Of a stretch of 64,000 nt of DNA, positions 22,481 through 31,827 are shown piece after piece (position 1 is the stretch's first letter; the number at the start of each line of letters is the position of its first letter). A program made the translations under genes and the position numbers. The DNA is taken from assembly GCA_937625935.1 (NCBI GenBank), contig OW569376.1, positions 248,001 to 312,000 on the forward strand, read 5' to 3'. The notes below the pieces were generated by a model. The model did no database searches, was not told where the DNA came from, and saw nothing but the letters and a program-made list of their open reading frames with translations. Source of the stretch: Tetramitus jugosus. Its lineage: Eukaryota; Protista; Heterolobosea.

Positions 22481-22784
22481 ATTTCAAATAAAGTTGTATC
22501 GTATTTAACATTGATGACAACAGTAGTTTATTCTCTGAACTTCGAGTGTTGCCCGTCGAGTTAATTACACTTCTGATCTTTTCCTTCCGCTGGAGCGCTT
22601 CAAGTTCCAGGAGTTCCTCTTTGGGGTCCCTCTCCTTTCCCATCTATCCCTGGAAGCCCTTCAGCTCTGCGTTTCAGTATGAATCATTGTGTCTACGCTC
22701 AAACTTGGTGCTCGGTTCCCATCTCTATCGGAGTCGGTGACCGCCGGTGGAGGCCGCCAAACTATGTGAAAACGCAGGATTTTT

Positions 22785-22897
22785 GTCTACGTTCATACAA
22801 TGGTGGAACCACCTCTTCCCATTTCGAATAGAGAAGTTAAGCACCATCTGGCTGAGTTAGTATTGAGATAGGAGACTACTCGAGAACCATGTAGGCT
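22785..22897 (+). rRNA. 5S rRNA gene (solitary; 3' strand of helix V appears deleted, possibly a pseudogene)
   Basis: GTCTACGT/ATGTAGGC helix I, ATGGTG/CACCAT helix II, CCTCT-TCCCATTTCGAAT-AGAG helix III/loop C, GAAGTTAAGC box A, GTTAGTA loop E, GATAGGAGAC box C; about 113 nt versus the usual 119-120. Confidence 0.85.
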
Positions 22898-22974
22898 TGT
22901 CGCGTTTTATGTTTTTTGGTTGAGATGGTTGCAATTCCACTAAAATGTTCTAACAAATCAACCACTTAATCTGT

Positions 22975-23955
22975 TTACAACTTTGAACGTAAGAGAAACA
23001 CCACGCCGGAGAAAAACCGAAGAATAGCGCAAATGATATAGACTATGAAGCCTTCACTCTGATTGGAGTAAACGCACAATATTTCCCAGATATCTGTCGT
23101 ACAAATCCAGTCAATCAACCTGTTCGTACTGCGAGCTGGATAAGGAAATAATATCTGTGTTTTGTCCATTGTGGATAAGCAAAGACTCATGACAATCCTC
23201 AGAGTTAGCCCCCACAGAGCAAATTCAAGGGTTTCATGATCATTTGATAGATCTCCTTGATAGGGCAGTAGAATATTTGGATATTCAAGAGAACACTTGA
23301 TTATTGAAGTAAAATGTTTGGGATGTCTACCGAGCAAAGAAGCCAAGTTCATCTCTTCACTTAGTTGTTTTGATTGGATGGGCAGAGTGTTCGAGATGAA
23401 GAGTGAGAGTGGAGCCCAGCGAACTGCACGTACCTCATCCGGATTCAATTTCATTGTGCATGCTGTATCCAATTGTAAATAAACAAATGGGGCCACAATC
23501 ATCAAACCACCAATCGACAAATGGTCAGGAAGCCGCCCCATATATTGATACAAATTCTCATCACTCAGCTGCAAACCCACTTCTTCAAATGTTTCTCTCT
23601 CAGCCGCCTCCCTCAAAGTTTCTCCCTCTTCTTGCTTACCACCAGGAAATGCCGTATGCCCCGAATAGACATCACTATTCCTCACTGGTCTCACAATGAA
23701 CAATAGCTGCAAAGATCCATTCTGCTTGAATCCCTCATTCTCCAAAAGCTCAGCAACACTAGTGACCGTACCAGAATGACCCACGGGCCTCAACACAACT
23801 GAAACACTGGCACGCTTACGTTTCTGGTTCGGTGATGACCACAGAACACGTTCAATATGAAATTTCGAGTGCCCACCATTCTCATTCCATTCATTCAATT
23901 GATTGTTCAATCGGAGCAAAAACTCACGATCATCCATCGTCTCACGCTGCTGCAT
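22975..23955 (-). CDS. Nudix CoA diphosphatase (NUDT7/NUDT8/Pcd1 family) with PTS1
   Basis: LLFIVR..YSGHTAFPGGK CoA motif, Nudix box GETLREAAERETFEEVGL, LNPDEV, LWGLT; ends -SKL*. Confidence 0.9.
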   Translation of the reverse strand: MQQRETMDDREFLLRLNNQLNEWNENGGHSKFHIERVLWSSPNQKRKRASVSVVLRPVGHSGTVTSVAELLENEGFKQNGSLQLLFIVRPVRNSDVYSGHTAFPGGKQEEGETLREAAERETFEEVGLQLSDENLYQYMGRLPDHLSIGGLMIVAPFVYLQLDTACTMKLNPDEVRAVRWAPLSLFISNTLPIQSKQLSEEMNLASLLGRHPKHFTSIIKCSLEYPNILLPYQGDLSNDHETLEFALWGLTLRIVMSLCLSTMDKTQILFPYPARSTNRLIDWICTTDIWEILCVYSNQSEGFIVYIICAILRFFSGVVFLLRSKL

Positions 23956-24046
23956 TTTGGTTCTTTTTTACTTCGTTGGTTGGAAGACTTTTTGTTCGTT
24001 GTTGTGTTTCAAAAAAGAGTTCTGGCAAAAAGAACCACCAGGAAGT

Positions 24047-25657
24047 ATGCCTATTTCCTTGCCCATTGATTGCGTTCGTGTGATTGTCTCCTTCTTGACC
24101 AATGATTGGCAGAGTTTGCTTCACATGGAACGAGTATGCTCATCCTTTTATCAAGCCATCTCGTATCCTACAACTTGGTCCACAACCACCACTCTGATCA
24201 GCACAGACGATGAAAATGGTTTGGCGCTCTCTCTTTCGCGCCAACATTTGTTTTACTATTATTACAATAACAATAGTACGAGTCGGAGGAATGAAGAGAA
24301 AGAACTTCAACAACAAGAGAAATCACAGACTCAACCAAGCTTAGAAGTGGTGGAGAGAAATGCGAGCTATCAACACGTGTTCTTTGATCTCGTTTCCCGT
24401 CATTGCACTGAGCGATTACTTTTATTGATTGAACGGTATGACTACACGAAACAGCAATACTCCAATGACAAGTTCGAACAGATTCTATCATTGATTGTTC
24501 CTGTGATAAAGTCGTTGATTCACTCTGAACCCTGTTGGATCCATTTGACCAATTCTACTCTGGTCAAAAAGTTGGATCAACATATGAAAACCATTGATAA
24601 TCGTTCGACATCGTCCCTATCCATGTCCAAGAACAATACCACGTTAAATATGATCGCTGCAGATCTGATTACAATGGCACATTATCTACTGTTTGATATA
24701 TGTAGTGACGATCGAGTATCATCGTCTCAACAAGCGTCTTGGAATGATAGTCAAAGTATTGGTACAAGTCGAATGATTGATTGGAAGAGTTATTGTAAGC
24801 AGTTTGTCAGGAACAAGGTACTATCGATTCCGCTAGGTTACACAAATTGTGCCGAAGTGGACAGCGCCGTGAGAAAATGTAGACAAAAATTGAAACAACT
24901 GCAATACTTGTTTCGATCATACAATGAACAGAAACAGTCTGCTCACTCGCTAAATGTGCTAGTCTCTCATGTCGTCGGTATTCAGAGCAGTGTGATCCCA
25001 TATCATGATACAACCTTAGTGAAACAGTTTTTGGAGCGTGTCCAGTACTATTCACCAGATCGATATCACTATGTGATTATTAGGGATCAAGTGTACCGCA
25101 TTCAATTTATTCAAACATATGATAGAGAATTGTCTTTCACAGCATTTGTTGGTGATCGCTCGTCATCATGCACCGCTGTATTGATGCTGATGGACCTGAC
25201 TCCTTGCGTTGATGGCGTAGGAAAAGAATTAGTTAAAGTATTGGAGCATCGAGCTTTGGACAGTAACATGCAGCATATCCAGCACAGTACTATGCGTTGG
25301 ATTGAGTCTGCTATACCACCTCGCCTTCAAAACTCTTGGCAAAAGATCTTGAATTCCACATTGAACATGGATAGATTGAGAGGACTGATGCAATTAGATA
25401 GTACAAAAGATACCAGTGTCATGTGTCTTGGTATTGGCTCAGAAGAGTTTAATTGGTTGCACTTAAGAAGTGAAAGAGATGTCAGATCATTTTTGGAAGG
25501 GCACGGAAGAATTGGTGATCCTGTGATCAAATACCGACAATGGTTCATGAATGATCCGAACTCTTCTATCTCGATCCTTACCGAGCTGGTCCAACAACAA
25601 CTATTAGTAACCAAGAGGCATGAAGAGCGACAAGAACTTGCGAGCAAATTAAGGTAA
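24047..25657 (+). CDS. F-box protein with C-terminal degenerate Ras-like domain
   Basis: ATG 24047 MPISLPIDCVRVIVSFL..LLHMERVCSSFYQAISYPTTW F-box; C-terminal third follows the small-GTPase pattern but lacks G-box residues. Confidence 0.72.
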   Translation: MPISLPIDCVRVIVSFLTNDWQSLLHMERVCSSFYQAISYPTTWSTTTTLISTDDENGLALSLSRQHLFYYYYNNNSTSRRNEEKELQQQEKSQTQPSLEVVERNASYQHVFFDLVSRHCTERLLLLIERYDYTKQQYSNDKFEQILSLIVPVIKSLIHSEPCWIHLTNSTLVKKLDQHMKTIDNRSTSSLSMSKNNTTLNMIAADLITMAHYLLFDICSDDRVSSSQQASWNDSQSIGTSRMIDWKSYCKQFVRNKVLSIPLGYTNCAEVDSAVRKCRQKLKQLQYLFRSYNEQKQSAHSLNVLVSHVVGIQSSVIPYHDTTLVKQFLERVQYYSPDRYHYVIIRDQVYRIQFIQTYDRELSFTAFVGDRSSSCTAVLMLMDLTPCVDGVGKELVKVLEHRALDSNMQHIQHSTMRWIESAIPPRLQNSWQKILNSTLNMDRLRGLMQLDSTKDTSVMCLGIGSEEFNWLHLRSERDVRSFLEGHGRIGDPVIKYRQWFMNDPNSSISILTELVQQQLLVTKRHEERQELASKLR

Positions 25658-25692
25658 AATAAAATTAATCAGGTTTGTGATCACAACAAAAT

Positions 25693-27101
25693 TTATTCAA
25701 TATTACTGATAACGAAGGTATGAGCATATCCACAAGCCACATGCTGAGGATGTCCAGGTAGGAACTCACCATTTATCAGATGAGGATCAGATGTGTTAAA
25801 AGTACCAGATGACGTACCGAGCTGGTTGTATGTATTGTCACCCATAGTGTAAACTTGTCCATCCTTTGTTCGGAATGCCATGTGACTTCTGCCAACATCA
25901 ATCTCAACCACATCTTGAATGCCCTTGATCTTTCTTGGTGGCTGAATATTCTTTCCCCAGGTCCAAACTTCTCCACTCTCTGTCACAGCAGCTGCCAAGT
26001 TCTCTCCAATACTAATGTCCACAAATTTGTCATCTGTAGGGAGACCCATCCTTGTTGGAGCACTTGTTCCATCAAAATTACCACCACCAAACAGAGTACC
26101 AGTACTGTCGGCTCCCAAAAGGAATGTTTCGTTCTTGCCCCACATGTACACACACCCATCTTCAGCAACCAATCCGGATGTGGTCTTTGTGGAAGCAAGC
26201 TTTACAATCTTTTGATTAAAGTCCAACTTTGCAGGTGTTTCGGAATCAGAAGAGTCACCACGGCCCAATCGACCCCATGCACCTCTTCCCCAGCTATAAG
26301 CTTCACCATCGGTAGTGAGACAAACGGCGTGCATTGAACCAAGAGTAATCTGCTTCACAATAATGCCCTCCAAGCCCTTCACAACTTGATTCGGTGTTGC
26401 TTGTTTGCTGCTTGGATAGCCCAAGCTGCCTGGACCACCTTGGAAGTCCTTGTTACTACCCCAAGTGAACAATTTACCGTCTTGTGTAATGGCAGCACTC
26501 GATCTCTCACCACAAGCCACAAAAACAATGTTGTTTGGCAAGTCTTGCACTGGAACTGGAACGGATGAATCTTCACCACTACCCGTACCCAACAATCCGT
26601 CTTTGGTGATGGTAAATTATATGTTTGAAAAAACAGAGACCATAAAAGAGAAGACAAAACATAATCATGGATGAATGGATTAGTTTAGCTACAACAAACA
26701 GCTCTGTAACAATGACACAAACATGCACGCACTCTCACTCACTCATTCATTCACATACCCTTATTGCTTCCAAACGCAAATACTTGACCATTTTCAGTGC
26801 ATGCCAATGAGTGATTGGTTCCAGATGCAATCATTTTTACTTTTTGACCACGGAATGCATCCAATGGAAGACTCGATGGTCTAGATGGCTTCAAATTCGT
26901 TGGTAGACCCAATTGACCCTTATCGTTCCTTCCAAACACAAACACATAACTGCCTGGTTCAGTGGGTGTGGGAGTGGCGGGAGCTGCCTTTTGGAAGAGA
27001 CCAAAAAGAGATCGACTTTGTGATGTTTGAGTGGTGGTTGTTGATGATGATGAACGTTGGATCAAGTAGGATGCAATACTTCTGGTTGTTAATCGCTGCA
27101 T
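25693..27101 (-). CDS. Mitochondrion-targeted RCC1-repeat protein (RCC1L-like); exons 27101-26759 and 26600-25693
   Basis: Presequence-like MQRLTTRSIASYLIQRSS..SRSLF; about 7 RCC1 repeats (GRNDKGQLG, ACGERSS, WGRGAWGRLG, GDNTYNQLG, ACGYAHT); intron GTATGT..AAAG 26758-26601 gives NK-D-GLLG. Confidence 0.85.
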
Positions 27102-27228
27102 TCTGTTCAATCAGTGTTTGTTGTTGTTGGTTTGTTATGTATGCTGGGATTGTTTTTTTTTGGGAGATCGGAGATCAAATTTTGAACGGGAAAAACTTTT
27201 TGTTCAATCTACGGTGTTTGTTTGGCGC

Positions 27229-28650
27229 TCAGGTTGTATCGGGCATCAAAATGGTACTCGAAGTATCCTCTGCGTCTAGCGTTTCATGATGATCTTCTAC
27301 AAATGAAGCTTGTTTTCGGTAATTGTGATAGGAGAGCAGAGTGGCAAGACTGTAAAAAAGAGTACTCCCAATCAAACATGTCCATAGAATGGTCATCGCC
27401 AGGTCCAAGGAGTTTGTCCAATCTGCAATCCAGCCAAACACAGTCGGTGAGGGAAAATCTCCCAAAACATGGATCAAAAGCAGTTCACAGCCAATAGCAA
27501 TATCCCTCAGCTCTGGATCAACACAAGTGATCAGGGCCATCATAGAGGGCGAAGTAAGAGCAAATAGAAACGTAATGGCCAATCCGAGGACGATAAATAC
27601 TGCAATGACCGATATGTTTCTCCAAGGAAAGATAGCATAACCCATCGGTACAGCTAAGCAGACGAACACTGTCGATATGAAACATCCCTGTGTCGTGATG
27701 ACATCCTCCTTGCGAGCTGATCTTCTCTGTACAAAGTCCAAAATAATACCTCCAAGAATTGTTCCAAATATGGATCCCACTAGGATGACTGCTGAGAATC
27801 CCACATTGGCCAGTACTAACTTCTTCTCCTCGCTCATTGTAGAAGATTTTAATCTATTGAATAACCAAGTAGGAGACCAGAAGGAAACAGCTCCCACGAC
27901 TGCTGTGTATTGAGCTTGAGCAAGGACATGAAGTATATACACTGGATTCTTGAACAAGGTAAGTGCGCTCTTCCAATTTAACCTCGCCTTCTTCGCTTGA
28001 TTTGGAGGTTGTCCCACTCGGGATCTCAGTGATATCACGCGAGCCTCCTCTATCGGAGACATATAGAGTATAATTGACAAACACACACCTATTACAAACT
28101 GAAGAAGAAAGATAGCTGACCATGGTGCAATAGAGACCATAAATCCTCCAGCCGTGTACCCGAGAGCAATTCCCACCGGCATTGCACCCTGTACGGCACT
28201 CTGGAAGCTACTTCTCAACTTTTCTGGTGAAATATCGTCCACTGCTGACATACAAAGGGGAATAAAGGCTGCTTCCCCGATGCCAATCAACGTTCTACTC
28301 GTCACAAATGCATAGTACGCCCAAATATCCTTCCTCCCTCGTGTAGTGTATCCCAAAAGAGCGCATATCAGGGATGCTAAGCTCCAAGTGAACACCCCAA
28401 AAGCCATGACTGATCCAACTCTGAATTTTGAAGCTATTGCTCCGAATATAGGACATGAAATCATGAAACCTATGACAAATGCACTCATAATTGCTCCAGA
28501 TTGAACATTTGACAGCTTTCCCCAATGAGTTTGCAAATGGTTCGGAAGGATCGCAGAGACCACTCCTCTGTCAAAGAATATCAGAGTCATCACAAATGTG
28601 AGAACAATGATCATTAGCTTTGGATACCGTACCAACAGATTGATCTTCAT
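27229..28650 (-). CDS. MFS transporter, Spinster family
   Basis: FFDRGVVS, SRTLIGIGEAAF..DDISP, GIALGY, IHVLGDFPSP..GWIAD; about 12 hydrophobic segments. Confidence 0.92.
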   Translation of the reverse strand: MKINLLVRYPKLMIIVLTFVMTLIFFDRGVVSAILPNHLQTHWGKLSNVQSGAIMSAFVIGFMISCPIFGAIASKFRVGSVMAFGVFTWSLASLICALLGYTTRGRKDIWAYYAFVTSRTLIGIGEAAFIPLCMSAVDDISPEKLRSSFQSAVQGAMPVGIALGYTAGGFMVSIAPWSAIFLLQFVIGVCLSIILYMSPIEEARVISLRSRVGQPPNQAKKARLNWKSALTLFKNPVYILHVLAQAQYTAVVGAVSFWSPTWLFNRLKSSTMSEEKKLVLANVGFSAVILVGSIFGTILGGIILDFVQRRSARKEDVITTQGCFISTVFVCLAVPMGYAIFPWRNISVIAVFIVLGLAITFLFALTSPSMMALITCVDPELRDIAIGCELLLIHVLGDFPSPTVFGWIADWTNSLDLAMTILWTCLIGSTLFYSLATLLSYHNYRKQASFVEDHHETLDAEDTSSTILMPDTT

Positions 28651-28768
28651 TGTTTGATTTCATGGATACTGTTTGCTATCTCCACCGTCACAAACATGAC
28701 ATTGACAATTCAAAACTTCGTACCCCTTGCGCAGCTCGCACAACACAAAAAAAGAAGAATCGCAAGAA

Positions 28769-31372
28769 ATGCAAAGGCTTGTTCGATTTGTTCTCGGTTC
28801 ACCTCCTCCTCACACAGCATCACCCACTCTCGGATGCCCAAAACAGTTGTTCACTCAACTCGTTCAAAAACAGAAGCAGCAACTGCCCCACCTCCCTGCA
28901 GCAGCATCTTCAACCATCACGGTCAATCATCATCATGAGAGCGCACAAGGAAACAATCTCTCCACTATGAGCACATACGAGGACGAGTATAGCTTTATCA
29001 AGTCACACTCTGCCCAAAATCCATCAGCATCGCTCCTTCAATTCCAAAAGCAATGGCGCAAGCAGGACAAGTATTTTGAGAAAACAGCAAGTGATATGAT
29101 CCAATGGACAGTTGGTCAATTGGATGAAGTTCGTGATTCACTTACGCACAGCAACAGTAAATTGAAGAATAATGGTCATGGTAGTCTCTATCAGAATATG
29201 GCCATCTACCCTGATCATTGCTACTATTTTTCAATCTATGATCCAGAGTTGGTCATTGTTCGACTCCGGATTGAATGTATGCATCAGGATAATATTTTTG
29301 ATGATGAAGCAGTTATTAGGAACGAAGTGACAAGAGATAATGGAGAGGAAGATGACTTGGAGACAAAGATTTGGTCTGCTTACAAGGCACTATCAATGAA
29401 GCAACAGCGACAAAAGAATCAAAGTGATATTAACACTTACAACAATATAGAGCTGAATTATGGTAATGACAGAGTGAAAATGAGTGTACAAGTAGTGTTT
29501 GATAAAAATCGATTGATCAATCAGTTGAAAACGCGATGGATAGCTGGAGGTAAGAAAGATCATGTTACGATGCCATCGGATGCTGTTTCTATCAGTCCAG
29601 ATCAAACGTTGTTAGCATACAAGTACAAGTTTGGAGCGAATCGTTTGATTGAAATTGTGCATATACCAACTCAGCAAGTGATTGACCGAATTGCTATGCC
29701 TCAGATCATATCTGGAATGGAGTTTAGTAATGACTCTAGCCGAATTTATTATACGATCGAAAATGATAATCATCGACCTTATCGTGTCATGTCTCACAAG
29801 TTGATTACTATGAGTGAAACATTGAAGAACAACGAAAAAGATGAGATTCTGCTCGACGAACCTGATGAATCGTTTTATTTGGAGTTGTATCGAACAAAGG
29901 ATCACCAATGTTTGTTTATAAACTCTGGTAACAGAGCAACGAGCGAGTGTTTTATTATCAATGAGAGTGAAAACAAGGTAAATTTACTTAAGCAGCGAAA
30001 GACTGGCGAACTATTTTTCCCAGAGCACCACAATGGATCAATATATGCCGTAACAAACTGCGATAACGCTACAAATCTTCAACTGGTGAAACTGGAAATT
30101 AACAGCTCTCCATCTAGCATTGAATATTCTGTAATTATTCCAGCAAGAAATGATATCAGGATTGATGATATCGAAGTTTTTGATAATTACCTTCTCCTAT
30201 ACGAGAAAAAGTTTGGATTAGATCAAATTCGAGTCATTCACATGAACCAACAATATGATAACTACGTGGTCAATGTACCTGAATGCTCCAATATTCATCA
30301 CTTGATCAATAGACGATTCTCTTCCAAACTACTATTTATTAATCTGGATTCGATTGTTCACCACGAAAAATTGCATTTGTTGAATCTTGAAGACAAATCA
30401 CTTAAGCCGATTGAGCCTGAGACGCTGAACAGTCCTTCGAACGATTTTGTTGTTAATCAAGTGAAAGTTAAGTCGACAAACTCCTCGGTTGAAATCCCTC
30501 TGGTTATCGCCCATCACAAGAACATTAAGTTAGATGGTAACAATCCTTGTCTAATTATTGCATATGGCGCATATGGACATGCGACTGATTTATCGTTTGA
30601 GATGCAAAAGCTTTTCTTGCTTCACAATAACTTTGTGATTGCGTTTCCTCAAGTTCGTGGAGGTGGTGATGGAGATATCAACTGGCACAAGGATGGAAGT
30701 TTATTGAACAAGAAGAATTCATTCAGTGATTTTAATGATTGTGTGAGATATCTGGTGCAGAACAAATATACAAACCCATCTCTCGTCTGTGCCAAGGGAG
30801 TAAGTGCCGGTGGTATGCTTGTGGCAACGAGTTCACTGTGTCATCCTGAGTTTTATCGATCAATAGTACTCAAGGTCCCATTCTTGGATGTTACCACAAC
30901 AATGCTTGATAAGTCATTGCCTCTCACGGGTATGTGCACTCTGATTTTCACTGACCGTACTTATTACTCTTACTGACCCATTTACTTTGTAGAGTTGGAA
31001 TCAGATGAATGGGGAGATCCAACACAAAGCAAAGCATATTTTGATTGTATCCAATCATACTCACCCTACGAGCTCCTCCGTACAGTCAGTGAAGTCAACC
31101 AGCTTCCTCATATGTACATCTCGGTGGCAATGAAAGATTTTCATGTTCCTAGTTGGCAGGTGTTCAAGTACGTTGCCAGGTTGACAAGGCGAATGCGAGA
31201 GCAACGGGCCGAGACACCTCTGATCGCTTGCAAAATTCTGGACCACGCTGAACATGGTGATGATGCTGGCAAGAATGGAACACATGAAAACATTGCATCA
31301 GAGTATGCCTTCATCTTTGCGAGTCTTGGAATACAACCCGAACCATGGCCATACAACAATTTGGAATCATGA
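28769..31372 (+). CDS. S9A prolyl oligopeptidase family, oligopeptidase B/PREPL-like; exons 28769-30929 and 30993-31372
   Basis: YGAYG, VRGGG, KKNSFSDF, GVSAGG (Ser), VPFLDV..PLT|ELESDEWGDP, KDFHV (Asp), AEHG (His); intron GTATGT..ACTGAC..TAG 30930-30992; presequence-like MQRLVRFVL. Confidence 0.9.
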
Positions 31373-31827
31373 GACATGTTGATTGAGATTCAGACTTGTT
31401 TTATTTCAATGTAAAAAAACCAATGAGACATAACAAGAGGTGAACAACTCACTGCTGTGCGAAACAATGAGTAGTATCTAATCCCATATTATCATAGATA
31501 TCATCATGGTAATGACCAACTTTCTAGGGTAGTGTCAACCTGATTCAGGTCAAACAACCAAGAAAGTATCGAGAGTGCCAGAGTTTAACGGAAAAAAAAC
31601 ATTGCTGGGCAACCCTCCTCATGTTCATCCATTCCAAATAAACTTGTTAACTTGTGAGTCATCAAGTGTGTGCATGCTTGTGTGACATCATACCATATTT
31701 CCTACTACTGCTACTTCTCATCTTTGCTATAAATGTAAAAGATTCAAAAAACAACTCGATCATCATATCTTCCTTCGAACCATCCACTACTAACCCGTAC
31801 CGTACCCGCAAAAAAAGACAAGCACAT

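Noticed and set aside
22560-22784. RNase P/MRP, SRP, U2, U4, U5 or telomerase RNA identity for the element upstream of 5S
   Set aside because: No CR-V partner for GGAAGCCC, no SRP helix-8 motif, no GTAGTA, TGCTAAT or GCCTTTTAC, and no telomeric template; left unassigned.
10398-28768. ORF-track N-terminal extensions from TTG/GTG/ATT starts (10493, 10944, 16241, 21285, 23903, 28727) and the implied gene overlaps
   Set aside because: Eukaryotic locus; ATG starts or spliced first exons give homology-consistent N-termini and remove the overlaps.
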